Positions 16,508-25,002 of a DNA stretch of 64,000 nucleotides are shown piece by piece (the stretch's first letter is position 1; the number at the start of each line of letters is the position of its first letter). The notes beneath the pieces are model-generated. The model saw only the letters and a list, made by a program, of their open reading frames with translations. It did not search any database and was not told the origin of the DNA. Made by a program: the position numbers and the translations under genes. This DNA comes from a virus. Taxonomy: Duplodnaviria; Heunggongvirae; Uroviricota; Caudoviricetes. The stretch is taken from IMG/VR virus record IMGVR_UViG_3300035696_000002; one strand, given 5' to 3'.

Positions 16508-16787
16508 GGCACTACTGATTCTTCTCGATGTGCTGATCTGGGGTTCGGTTGCTTTCTTTGCCGTGTACTCGTTTTACGTCACCTATCGGGGATGGAAACG
16601 CACACGTCGTAAGTCTGTGTTGTCGGCCAATCTCGCGATCACCAGCCTGTTCTTCGCCACGCTCACGGGGTTACGCCACTGGGTGCCTATGACGTTCACC
16701 ATTGGAATGCAAGCAGTGATCCTGCTAATGGGTATTTATTTCATCCGCAAATACAAGCGGCTGGAACAGGTCAAAAATAAAGTTTGA
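16494..16787 (+). CDS. membrane protein (3 TM)
   Basis: Track ORF. Confidence 0.5.
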   Translation: MLWAKALLILLDVLIWGSVAFFAVYSFYVTYRGWKRTRRKSVLSANLAITSLFFATLTGLRHWVPMTFTIGMQAVILLMGIYFIRKYKRLEQVKNKV

Positions 16788-16803
16788 TTTTCTGTTAAGA
16801 TTT

Positions 16804-16824
16804 CGCCCTTCGGGCGGTTATATA
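16804..16824 (+). terminator. hairpin cgccc-ttc-gggcg followed by GTTATATA; candidate intrinsic terminator
   Basis: Seen in the 63-nt intergenic gap, just ahead of an AGGAGG Shine-Dalgarno for the next gene. Confidence 0.4.
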
Positions 16825-16850
16825 GGTAGAGGCTAGGAGGCCTCGATTTC

Positions 16851-17540
16851 ATGGGTACTTTACTTGCATTGTTCGCGGCGGGCACGATTGGCTTCTACGT
16901 ACTGCTCGTCCTCGTCGGAATTCTAATCACTACGCTGGTGGAAAAAGAAGAGGGCTTCTGGGCAACTGTGACCCTCATCGGAACCATCGTCACCCTCAAC
17001 TGGGCCTACAAGCTACCTATCTGGAAAACCATCCAACTGCATCCGTTCTGGACATCAGCGTGGGTTCTCGGCTATCTAGTCGCTGGGGCCGTCTGGTCTC
17101 TTATCAAGTGGACAGTCTCCGTCAAGAAGCAGGACATGAAGTACAAAAACTTCAAGGCCGACTTCCTGCGTGAAGAGAAGGCGACCGAACTCACCCCGGC
17201 TCTGGCTGCCAAGCTGGCAGACAAGCTGGACGGACGGTACGGCAAAGACATTACCGCTGAACCGCCCGTGGCTCGCGATCATCGCAGCAGCCTGATTCGT
17301 TGGGCGACCTACTGGCCATTCAGCATGATCGGTACGGCCCTCAATGATTTCGTCCGCAAGATTTTCAACTACATCTACGAAATGTTGCAGACGACCTATC
17401 AGCGAATCTCCGATCATCTGTTCCGCGAGGCGACAGCCGATATGGAACTTGCTCGCCAATTCAAGGAAGACCAGAAAAAACAGAACAAGGCAGTCGAGGC
17501 TGATCTGGCTGACGAACACGGCTATCGTCGGAATAGATAA
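16851..17540 (+). CDS. membrane protein with a C-terminal coiled coil
   Basis: Track ORF; 3-4 N-terminal TM helices. Confidence 0.6.
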   Translation: MGTLLALFAAGTIGFYVLLVLVGILITTLVEKEEGFWATVTLIGTIVTLNWAYKLPIWKTIQLHPFWTSAWVLGYLVAGAVWSLIKWTVSVKKQDMKYKNFKADFLREEKATELTPALAAKLADKLDGRYGKDITAEPPVARDHRSSLIRWATYWPFSMIGTALNDFVRKIFNYIYEMLQTTYQRISDHLFREATADMELARQFKEDQKKQNKAVEADLADEHGYRRNR

Positions 17541-17677
17541 TGGGCAAGCTGGACAAATTCGAGAAAGGGGTCATCATCTTCCTGATGGCCCTTTTGTTTC
17601 TTACGATCTTCAAGGGTTGCGAAGTGAAGGTCAATATCGACTCCAAACCCTCACCCGCAGTGAAAAGCCAGTATTAA
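17540..17677 (+). CDS. small membrane protein (45 aa)
   Basis: MGKLDKFEKGVIIFLMALLFLTIFKGCEV...; TAATG overlap. Confidence 0.35.
   Translation: MGKLDKFEKGVIIFLMALLFLTIFKGCEVKVNIDSKPSPAVKSQY
17662..17676 (+). promoter_or_regulatory. conserved motif GAAAAGCCAGTATTA (core CCAGTATTA), 5 nt before ATG 17681
   Basis: A 15/15 identity with site 23584-23598; the motif overlaps the 3' ends of unrelated upstream genes, so the match is not protein homology. Confidence 0.45.
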
Positions 17678-17680
17678 ACA

Positions 17681-17782
17681 ATGACTGAACTGAACAAAGT
17701 GCCGGGGACGTGCCCATGGAAGCGAAATGGGTATCCCTGTCCTTACGAAAAGAATGGGTACCCGTGTCCGTATGAACGATGA
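17681..17782 (+). CDS. possible 33-aa Cys/Pro repeat peptide (MTELNKVPGTCPWKR-NGYPCPYEK-NGYPCPYER)
   Basis: Short ORF encoded across a 2x27-nt tandem DNA repeat, directly after the conserved motif; coding status is uncertain. Confidence 0.25.
   Translation: MTELNKVPGTCPWKRNGYPCPYEKNGYPCPYER
17726..17779 (+). repeat. tandem direct repeat, 2 x 27 nt (aatgggtatccctgtccttacgaaaag / aatgggtacccgtgtccgtatgaacga)
   Basis: Seen directly; about 21 of 27 positions are identical. Confidence 0.6.
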
Positions 17783-18341
17783 AGACATCAAGTATCGCAA
17801 GTGCCAAGTGTCCGGTTGCGACTATCGGGAACTGCGTGGCACCCGCATGGGCGACTTCATTGAGGGCGAGTTCGTCTGCCCGGCTCACGCCTTGGCATAC
17901 GTGCTGGAGCATCCAACAGGTTTAGACGCAGGATTTAGACAGGGAGGAAGTATGAAGTTGTTTACGCTGAAAGGCAAGAACAAAACCAAGGCTCAGGTGG
18001 TGAGCAAGACGCCAGAGAAGACCACAGCGGATACGTATGAAGGCAAGACGATCACGATCACTGTCATCGGAAACAAGTCCTACGGTATCTCAGTAGACGG
18101 GCAGGAGGCGGGTTACGCGGTCGGCGATCTGGTCGTCAATGTCAATGGGCCTGTGGACACTGTCGAAACCCTCAGTGGGAACGTCAACGTAGCGGGTGAT
18201 GTCAAGAATATCGAGACCACAAGCGGCAGCGTCGAGTGCGATGATGTCAGCGGTGACATTCAGACGGTGAGCGGCAGTGTAGCATGTGCCAAGGTTAGCG
18301 GCGACATCGACACTGTGTCCGGCAGCGTCATAGTGCGGTGA
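17772..18341 (+). CDS. beta-helical repeat protein (bactofilin/adhesin-like SG-D/N-V...TVSGSV repeats)
   Basis: Track ORF 17727..18341 (start at 17727 or 17772); C-terminal VSGDIQTVSGSV-type repeats. Confidence 0.55.
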   Translation: MNDEDIKYRKCQVSGCDYRELRGTRMGDFIEGEFVCPAHALAYVLEHPTGLDAGFRQGGSMKLFTLKGKNKTKAQVVSKTPEKTTADTYEGKTITITVIGNKSYGISVDGQEAGYAVGDLVVNVNGPVDTVETLSGNVNVAGDVKNIETTSGSVECDDVSGDIQTVSGSVACAKVSGDIDTVSGSVIVR

Positions 18342-18392
18342 GCAGCAAAGCAGAGCGGAAGATGGTCGAAATGATCGCCCGCAAGAGGAAGC

Positions 18393-19094
18393 ATGGAAGC
18401 ACAACTGACAACCCGGCTCGCGGCATTTCACAAAGCGGTCGCAGCAACGCAGCAACGCTACGAGTACGAACAGACACAGATCGAAAGGCTCAAAGCAAAG
18501 ATCACCCAACTTGAGGCTGAGAAGACCCAGCTTGTTAAAGCAGTGGCGTTGATTGACCGTGGCATACAGACCATTTCTGCCAACGGTATCGGGCTAATTG
18601 AGTCTGTCGTCACCAAAGGACTTCGAATCGTCTTCGGTGATGACCAGATCGGCCTCGTGATTGAAAAGAAAGAGGGAGCCCGTGGCAGCAGCTATCGTAT
18701 CCTCGTAAAAGACGACGAGAACGTTGGCGACCCCATGAAGTCGAACGGCGGCGGTGTGCAGAACACCGTGGCCTTTTTGCTCCGACTCATTCTTGCCAAG
18801 CGGTTCAAACTTGCAAAGTTGTTGGTGCTCGACGAGCAGTTCAATGGCGTCTCGCCTGATCGTCAGCCATACGTCTCCGAATTACTCCACCAGTTGACCC
18901 ATCAGTTCGGGTATACTATCCTATGCGTCACGCACCAGCCGATTTTGGCCCGGCAGGCTGACGCTGTCTACAGACTTGTGGCCAAGACGAAGCCCCCGGC
19001 ACTTTGTAAGCTGGAGGGTGCTGAACTGGCAGAGTTCAAGAAGGGGCTTGATGGAACCGCTACAGAAGATAGTCAAGCTGAAGTCGCTCAGTGA
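18393..19094 (+). CDS. ABC/SMC-type ATPase C-terminal half (SbcC/Rad50/RecN-like), with no Walker A
   Basis: N-terminal coiled coil; signature-like SNGGGVQ, Walker B LLVLDEQ, D-loop SPD, H-loop CVTHQP; no P-loop anywhere in the ORF. Confidence 0.55.
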   Translation: MEAQLTTRLAAFHKAVAATQQRYEYEQTQIERLKAKITQLEAEKTQLVKAVALIDRGIQTISANGIGLIESVVTKGLRIVFGDDQIGLVIEKKEGARGSSYRILVKDDENVGDPMKSNGGGVQNTVAFLLRLILAKRFKLAKLLVLDEQFNGVSPDRQPYVSELLHQLTHQFGYTILCVTHQPILARQADAVYRLVAKTKPPALCKLEGAELAEFKKGLDGTATEDSQAEVAQ

Positions 19095-19626
19095 GATCAT
19101 TGAGCGGGCTCGCGATCTCATCCGCCGCCATCGTCGTCGCTTCCTAAAGCGTAATCTGCGGCCCTGTCCTTACAACTGCAAACTGGCTGATATGATGGGA
19201 CACAAGGTTATTGGTTGCTCCACGTGTGGGAGCACCGACCCCGATCAGTGTAAGCAGGCAAACAAATTCGTTCCGATGTTCACGAAGGAAGAACTGGCAA
19301 AGCAGTTCGCCGACTCCCTCCGCGATCCTCAAGTGCTTCTGCGAGACTATCGGGACTTGACCGTGTTTCTGTGGATACTGGGCGGGTTCGACCAACAGGT
19401 AGACGAGCATATTGTCTCGGGAATGGAGAGTAATGACACTGGAAAACGCAACGAAGGTGCTGAAGTTCTACAAGATAATTCTGGGAATAGGGCTGCTGGC
19501 GTTCGTGATGTGGGTGAACATGACGCAGGCCCGGACAATCGAGCAACAACGCACGGAGCTTCGATCCCAATTACAGACGACAACCGAGGCAACGTTAAAA
19601 CTCGGGGCGTGTCAGGCAAAGCTTAA
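19051..19626 (+). CDS. hypothetical Cys-rich protein; the 3' third is probably not coding in this frame
   Basis: ATG inside track ORF 18976..19626; GC3 is high up to about 19430 and then collapses where the ORF overlaps the membrane-protein gene below. Confidence 0.3.
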   Translation: MEPLQKIVKLKSLSEIIERARDLIRRHRRRFLKRNLRPCPYNCKLADMMGHKVIGCSTCGSTDPDQCKQANKFVPMFTKEELAKQFADSLRDPQVLLRDYRDLTVFLWILGGFDQQVDEHIVSGMESNDTGKRNEGAEVLQDNSGNRAAGVRDVGEHDAGPDNRATTHGASIPITDDNRGNVKTRGVSGKA

Positions 19627-19639
19627 CGAAAAGAAATGA
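19433..19639 (+). CDS. small membrane protein with a coiled-coil tail (holin/spanin-like topology)
   Basis: ATG inside track ORF 19412..19639; high GC3 in this frame; TM helix ILGIGLLAFVMWV. Confidence 0.5.
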   Translation: MTLENATKVLKFYKIILGIGLLAFVMWVNMTQARTIEQQRTELRSQLQTTTEATLKLGACQAKLNEKK

Positions 19640-19908
19640 ACCTTCATGAGTGCATACCGCCATCCCTGTGCTGGGGTATAGAGGCTGTTGAAGCCCACAC
19701 TACAGCCCCAGTTTACTGTCCGTATGATGGGCTCAGGATGACGGAGAAGTTTCGTGACGCCCGCAGTGACGAAGGACTGCAAGTACGTTTACTGATTTGT
19801 CCCCAGTGTGGCCACGAAATATTTCAAATGTATACGGATGAAGAGTTTGCTGATCCCAAGGATAACGCGAATTGTAGGTGTAAGGGATGTCGAAATCTTC
19901 AGAGATAA
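19636..19908 (+). CDS. zinc-ribbon protein
   Basis: CPYDG...CPQCGHE...CRCKGC. Confidence 0.5.
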   Translation: MNLHECIPPSLCWGIEAVEAHTTAPVYCPYDGLRMTEKFRDARSDEGLQVRLLICPQCGHEIFQMYTDEEFADPKDNANCRCKGCRNLQR

Positions 19909-20726
19909 GCGTTGCCAATCTCATCAAGGATGTTGATACTTGGTACGCCAATCTCCCCATCACCGATCCACAGATTGTTGAAAAGGCAAACGTGGCGGGT
20001 AGGGCGTGGGACAAGATTGGCGTCACCCGAGATCGCATCATTGCTGTGCGGGGCTGGAAGCCAGCACTGCCTTTGATTGAGAAAAATTTTGATTCGCTTC
20101 TCCGCGAGTTGGGTATTTTCTATTGCCCCAAGAAAGTCAGGGAAGTCGGCCCGGCATTCGTATTCCCTTTGCGGGATTACAAAGGGACGATCAACTACGC
20201 CCAGACAAAGCCACTTGAGGGAAGCCCGCTGTCTGGGGACGGCAAATTCAAGTATCACTACATTGGCGAGGAGCCGAAAGGGCCGCGTTGGTTCGGTAAT
20301 ACACCGGAGATGTTGCAGAAAGTGGTCAATTCCAGCCTGTTGATCGTGGTGGAAGGCCCTTTCGATTTGCTTGCAGCCCGGCTTGTTGCTCCTATAGCCC
20401 CCATCATGTCCCCGCTCACCAAGACTTTGGGCAAGGAGCATATTGCTTTTATCCGCATGCTGGGTATTAAGAAGCTGATCCTGCTCTACGACAACGAGAA
20501 GCCGGATTTGGCCAAGGGCAAGAAGCTGGGGGCGGGCAATGCGGCTGCCAAGATTCAGGTCAAAGAAGTGCAGGAGGCCTGTGAGGGCCGGGTTTCAGTG
20601 GAATCCATGACATGCCCGGCAAGTGACCCCAGCAAGGCGTTGGAGAACTTTGAGGACGCAGAGCAACTGAAGCTTCTCTTGAGAAAGTTCAACGTAGTTC
20701 CTACGACGGTGGATGACGATGAGTGA
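19887..20726 (+). CDS. Toprim-domain protein (DnaG-primase-like catalytic core)
   Basis: LLIVVEGPFDLLAARL (conserved Glu) and KLILLYDNEKPD acidic motif, in Toprim order. Confidence 0.55.
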   Translation: MSKSSEISVANLIKDVDTWYANLPITDPQIVEKANVAGRAWDKIGVTRDRIIAVRGWKPALPLIEKNFDSLLRELGIFYCPKKVREVGPAFVFPLRDYKGTINYAQTKPLEGSPLSGDGKFKYHYIGEEPKGPRWFGNTPEMLQKVVNSSLLIVVEGPFDLLAARLVAPIAPIMSPLTKTLGKEHIAFIRMLGIKKLILLYDNEKPDLAKGKKLGAGNAAAKIQVKEVQEACEGRVSVESMTCPASDPSKALENFEDAEQLKLLLRKFNVVPTTVDDDE

Positions 20727-21057
20727 TTTCGATCTGATATTGGCGATCAACACGGAGATCAAGAACGACCCCAAGTCCCCCGTTTTCGATCAAAAATTCG
20801 ATCCGCTTGACGAGATCGCCGTGGAAATTGTACTATTAGAAGCCGACCATCTGGTCGATAGCTACATGGAGCAGTACCGCATCAGGTATCGTGACAAGTT
20901 CACTGACCCTGCCAAGTACGACGCCCTCGAAGAAGAATATCGACTGAAGCTGCGATCAGGTATTAGGGAGTCCGTCGCGTTCGCACGCGAGGCTATTAAG
21001 GACTACTACGTACCAGACCCGAGTGAAGACGAGCCGGATGACGACGGAGGGGTATGA
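20713..21057 (+). CDS. hypothetical acidic protein
   Basis: Track ORF. Confidence 0.55.
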   Translation: MTMSDFDLILAINTEIKNDPKSPVFDQKFDPLDEIAVEIVLLEADHLVDSYMEQYRIRYRDKFTDPAKYDALEEEYRLKLRSGIRESVAFAREAIKDYYVPDPSEDEPDDDGGV

Positions 21058-21242
21058 AAGTTCCGAAGAAAGCAAAGCCAACACAACGTGAGAATTTCAC
21101 CGATCATGATGCACGACTGCTCGATGAGATTCGCAGGGAATTGGATAAGCTCGTTGATGGACTTATCAGTGTTGGGCCGGGCGGGATTAAACTCCTGTTC
21201 GAGCAAGCTGTATCGACTGTGGTTCTCAGGAGAACGAAATGA
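21054..21242 (+). CDS. hypothetical protein
   Basis: Track ORF. Confidence 0.45.
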   Translation: MKVPKKAKPTQRENFTDHDARLLDEIRRELDKLVDGLISVGPGGIKLLFEQAVSTVVLRRTK

Positions 21243-21583
21243 AGGCAGCAGTGCGGCGGGTTAAGACCCGCACCAAAGAACGTCCGAATGCTAAGCTCCG
21301 CAAGGCCGGGGCTGTACAGTTCAGGGAACTTGAGAAAGACCTCGTAGAGGGCAAGACGAACGTCGTTGTCCTCGATTTAACCGGGCATCCGAAGCCCGTC
21401 ACGGCCCACATCATTGCGGGCACCGTCGATGAGCGAGCCATGGCCCGCCGTGAACGTCTGAGCAAGCTGGAGAAAGCGATCAGGAAGGTTGTCGAGGAGT
21501 ACGACATCGAAGGCGAGATTACCAAGGTCGCATTCATCCTCGGCGAAGAAGACGAGACTGCTCCTTTCGAGGTCAAGGTATAG
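21239..21583 (+). CDS. hypothetical protein
   Basis: Track ORF. Confidence 0.55.
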   Translation: MKAAVRRVKTRTKERPNAKLRKAGAVQFRELEKDLVEGKTNVVVLDLTGHPKPVTAHIIAGTVDERAMARRERLSKLEKAIRKVVEEYDIEGEITKVAFILGEEDETAPFEVKV

Positions 21584-21585
21584 CT

Positions 21586-21756
21586 ATGAACTGGGGTTCA
21601 AACTACGGAACGTGCAAACTGTGCAAATGCGGCGAACGAATGAAACAGCATGCTATGCTTTCGGGGATCGGCACCGCTCCACTTAATCGGCAAAGCTGTG
21701 AACGTCGCCGCTGGTGGAATTTCTGGAAACACGATCCAGACTGCCGTATTAGCTGA
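21586..21756 (+). CDS. small Cys-rich protein (56 aa)
   Basis: MNWGSNYGTCKLCKCGERMKQHAMLSGIGTAPLNRQSCERRRWW...; fills the gap; TGATG overlap. Confidence 0.35.
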   Translation: MNWGSNYGTCKLCKCGERMKQHAMLSGIGTAPLNRQSCERRRWWNFWKHDPDCRIS

Positions 21757-21995
21757 TGGCACGACCAGTCTGCCAAGCCGCACTCCTCGGCGGAGAACAG
21801 CCGATGGTTTCGTATGCCCCACCCTTGCAACCGTTGTTCAAGTGGAAAGAGTACTGTGGGCGTCCTGCGGTGGATTATCAGTTGATGGATGGCATCAAGT
21901 ACTGGCTGTGTGCCGAACATTGGGACATGGCGAATGAGGATCGAGAACACACCTGTATCAACGGGTACGGTGTAGTGAGCGATCTAGTGAGGTGA
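21756..21995 (+). CDS. ZnF-array family paralog (dispersed copy)
   Basis: ...EYCGRPAVDYQLMDGIKYWLCAEHWDMANED. Confidence 0.6.
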   Translation: MARPVCQAALLGGEQPMVSYAPPLQPLFKWKEYCGRPAVDYQLMDGIKYWLCAEHWDMANEDREHTCINGYGVVSDLVR

Positions 21996-21998
21996 AAT

Positions 21999-23267
21999 AT
22001 GGGCGTTGATACACACAAGGTTGAAGTAGTACCAATCAAGCTGGAGCCACATCCCGACCCGGAGACTACCTCCCTGTCGATTGTGAAGGTCTACAACTTT
22101 CAGGTCGTAGTCCGCACAGCGGATTGGCTTGGGGTGGAGAAGGCAGCGTATGTCCAGCCGGACAGCGTCATGCCTGACACGCCGGAGTATCGCTGGCTGA
22201 AGGATACGGGCACGACCCGCACGATGCGGAAGACCCTCGAAGAACAGAAGGCCGCAGGCACGATCACGCCTGAGGAGTATGAGCAGCAGTCTGCCCTCAT
22301 TGAGGAGCGTATCGACAAGAACACGAAGCGTCTTCGCGTAACGGTGATGAAGCTCCGTGGTGTGCTCTCCATGGGCATGTTGCTCCCGGCCCCGGAAGGT
22401 GCTGAGATCGGCGATGATGTTGCCGAGCGTCTGGGCATCACTCACTACGAGCCGCCAATCGAGGAATATCTTGAGCCCGGCAAGAAGCCGAAGCATCAGG
22501 GCGAGGACGTTGCTCCGCCGCCCTCGATGATCTATGCCCCGGAGTACGACGTGGAATCTGTCTACAAGTATGCTTCCGCGTTCGAGGCTGGTGAAATGGT
22601 CGTTGTGACCGAAAAGATCGACGGTCAGAACGCCCGCTTTGTGGCGATGCCGCGTCAGCCCAAGACTTTCATCGTTGCACCGGACACTATCCCGGTGGAC
22701 GAGGTCATGCAGCTTCGTGCTCACATCGACGAGTGCGGGCCATGCGGGGAAGGTGCTGCTCCGGCCATCGACTACGAGAGTCCAGTGTTCAAGTACGAGA
22801 TTCACGCTGGCTCCCGCAAGGAATGGAAGATGGAACTGGGCGGCTCCAACTGGTGGAGGGTTCAGAAGCAGGTTCCATGGATCGTGGAGTGGCTGTACGC
22901 CAACCCGGAGAAGGTTCTCTACGGGGAGACCTACGGCTGGGTTGCACCTTTGCGTTACGGTGCGACTGTGCCCGGCACCCTGTACTTCCGTGCGTTCGAC
23001 ATCCTCGAAGGCATGGAATGGATGGATGCCGAGAAGTTCATCACGGTCTTGCCTGAGACCCAGCGTGTCCCGCTCCTCGGCGTCATGCCGTTTGATTTCG
23101 AGAAGCTTCAGAAGCTCGCTGAAGGGCCGTCCCTTGTGCCGGGTGCCAAGCACATGCGGGAAGGCATCGTCATCAAGCCTGTGAAGGAACGCAAGCACTA
23201 CCGTCTGGGCCGCGTCATGGTCAAGATGGTCAGTAACAAGTACCTCGAAGAGCAGGGAAAGCGATAA
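21999..23267 (+). CDS. ATP-dependent RNA/DNA ligase-like nucleotidyltransferase
   Basis: Motif I KIDGQN (lysine nucleotidyltransferase KxDG), later EGIVIKP (motif IV/V-like). Confidence 0.55.
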   Translation: MGVDTHKVEVVPIKLEPHPDPETTSLSIVKVYNFQVVVRTADWLGVEKAAYVQPDSVMPDTPEYRWLKDTGTTRTMRKTLEEQKAAGTITPEEYEQQSALIEERIDKNTKRLRVTVMKLRGVLSMGMLLPAPEGAEIGDDVAERLGITHYEPPIEEYLEPGKKPKHQGEDVAPPPSMIYAPEYDVESVYKYASAFEAGEMVVVTEKIDGQNARFVAMPRQPKTFIVAPDTIPVDEVMQLRAHIDECGPCGEGAAPAIDYESPVFKYEIHAGSRKEWKMELGGSNWWRVQKQVPWIVEWLYANPEKVLYGETYGWVAPLRYGATVPGTLYFRAFDILEGMEWMDAEKFITVLPETQRVPLLGVMPFDFEKLQKLAEGPSLVPGAKHMREGIVIKPVKERKHYRLGRVMVKMVSNKYLEEQGKR

Positions 23268-23268
23268 C

Positions 23269-23604
23269 ATGCTCGATCAACCACCCGGCTGGGTAATGGT
23301 GCTCATCTTCTTTTTGATGGTGGGCACCGGAGCCGCCGTTGTTGCAATGGCGGTGACCTTCCTCGTCTTCTTGGTGCAAGGCATCAAGAACTCAGGGAAA
23401 TCGGATGAGGATGACTCTGGCGGCGGCTGGGGCGGCAGTGGTGGTTGGACGAATGAGCCAATCGGGCCTCCTCCGGGCGGCGGTGGTGGAGGCGGACTCG
23501 ACCCCGACATGGTTGAGTTTCATACTGAGTTAGACTTGATCGGGAAGACGATTCATATTCCTGTGGAGTCTCACGAGGAGCACGAAAAGCCAGTATTACA
23601 GTAA
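23269..23604 (+). CDS. membrane protein with a Gly-rich low-complexity segment
   Basis: Track ORF; N-terminal TM helix; GGGWGGSGGW...GGGGGGG. Confidence 0.5.
   Translation: MLDQPPGWVMVLIFFLMVGTGAAVVAMAVTFLVFLVQGIKNSGKSDEDDSGGGWGGSGGWTNEPIGPPPGGGGGGGLDPDMVEFHTELDLIGKTIHIPVESHEEHEKPVLQ
23584..23598 (+). promoter_or_regulatory. conserved motif GAAAAGCCAGTATTA, 21 nt before ATG 23619
   Basis: Identical 15-mer to 17662-17676. Confidence 0.45.
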
Positions 23605-23618
23605 GAGGATCAAGAATT

Positions 23619-23903
23619 ATGGGCGGTAAATTACGCAGCACCGAGATTACGCTGTTGGGCAGTGGCCCATTCGATGAACCAGAGCGGGAACAGGAAGTCG
23701 AGGGCAACAAGTTTCAAGGGGTTCAGTTCCAACTAACTCTCGACATGCTTCGGCGTCTTGGGGCAGAGATCATCAAAGGCGAATTCACAACTGAGCAGGC
23801 AAAGGCTTTCGTCCTGCTCCATGGCCAAGAATTTCAGGCCAAGCTGAACTCACAAGCAAAGCTTTTCATTCGAGAGAAGCTGGGTAAGTTGGGGTCACTC
23901 TAA
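23619..23903 (+). CDS. hypothetical protein
   Basis: Track ORF. Confidence 0.5.
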   Translation: MGGKLRSTEITLLGSGPFDEPEREQEVEGNKFQGVQFQLTLDMLRRLGAEIIKGEFTTEQAKAFVLLHGQEFQAKLNSQAKLFIREKLGKLGSL

Positions 23904-24229
23904 TGCCAAGAGAAATCGGTACCCGCATTGGAGCCGTCTCGCATTCTGACAAAGATACCATTTACATCTTTGGCTTTGGCACCTACGCTGGGGATGAAGT
24001 TCCAGAAACCGCAGGCGGCTGGATGGCGGAAGGGTTGCGTGAATACAACATCCCGAATCCCAAATTGGTTCTCGACAGCGGCAAGGTAGTCTGGGGCTGC
24101 GAGTGTTGGTGGGGCTCAGAGGAACGGGTGCGTAAGGAACTCGAAGGCCGCACGGTAGTTGAAATTGATATCGACGAAGCACGGAGGGCTGCCAGTGAGG
24201 GACAGGAACAAACACAAACTGACAATTGA
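23903..24229 (+). CDS. hypothetical protein
   Basis: Track ORF. Confidence 0.5.
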   Translation: MPREIGTRIGAVSHSDKDTIYIFGFGTYAGDEVPETAGGWMAEGLREYNIPNPKLVLDSGKVVWGCECWWGSEERVRKELEGRTVVEIDIDEARRAASEGQEQTQTDN

Positions 24230-24833
24230 GATCGACAACCTGACGGAAGCTCAGGTCATTGCCCTCAACGATTTACTTGCTACGTGGGTGCAGCTTGGGA
24301 GTTGGGGCTCCTCGCGTGACACCACTTTCTTTGCTGACGGCGACGGCGATTTCCAGCCCAAAATTCTAGTGAACGGGGAAAAGCCTAAGCTCACGAATCT
24401 ACTCCCCCGCGACCAATTTTGGAAGAGCGGACACCATGGCGATTACCGCATTGACTACGACTGGATCGGATGGAAACTGGCGGCAATCGAGGAGGCTGAG
24501 AACTCCTGTACAAAGGCTCAGCCCGACCGCACCAAGAAGTACCACGACTTCCCCCGCAACAGGGATGCTGAGACTCCGTGTGACAACGGTTGTGGGTTGC
24601 TTTGGAAAGAGACCCCATACTACTCTGCCCCGGTGGACTGGACAATCACACCCCACATGCCCGCGTGTGCAGAAGGCGGCACGAGTTGCACATATTGCGG
24701 CAAGGCCTATAATGACACAATCCATGTCAGCGGCCCCCTTGAGAAAGCAGAGTCCGCCCAACTCTCCCAAGCGTCTGACAAAGAGTATCCGTCACGACTG
24801 ATGCCCGGCCAGTTTCCAGACGGAACTTATTGA
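24159..24833 (+). CDS. hypothetical Cys-rich protein (224 aa)
   Basis: Track ORF; start uncertain (a GTG near 24195 is an alternative). Confidence 0.5.
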   Translation: MKLISTKHGGLPVRDRNKHKLTIEIDNLTEAQVIALNDLLATWVQLGSWGSSRDTTFFADGDGDFQPKILVNGEKPKLTNLLPRDQFWKSGHHGDYRIDYDWIGWKLAAIEEAENSCTKAQPDRTKKYHDFPRNRDAETPCDNGCGLLWKETPYYSAPVDWTITPHMPACAEGGTSCTYCGKAYNDTIHVSGPLEKAESAQLSQASDKEYPSRLMPGQFPDGTY

Positions 24834-24840
24834 GCACAGC

Positions 24841-25002
24841 ATGAAAAAGTTTGGTACAATCGAAGAGTACGAGGCTTACTACTTCCCCAAGGATGTAGCC
24901 GCCCGGCGTGACCGCCGCCTTCGTGAAGAAGACCCAGAAGAGTGGCAGCGTCAGCAACGGGAGAAGGCCATCAACGACCTTATGAAGAAGGTGTTCGGAT
25001 GA
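24841..25002 (+). CDS. hypothetical small protein (53 aa)
   Basis: Fills the gap; ATGA overlap with the next gene. Confidence 0.35.
   Translation: MKKFGTIEEYEAYYFPKDVAARRDRRLREEDPEEWQRQQREKAINDLMKKVFG

Noticed and set aside
22100-23184. Arg/Ser-rich ORFs (113-181 aa) on both strands inside the ligase gene, and the 428-aa minus ORF 21984..23270
   Set aside because: They are antisense or off-frame to a gene with clear nucleotidyltransferase motifs; their low-complexity translations are typical of high-GC antisense frames.
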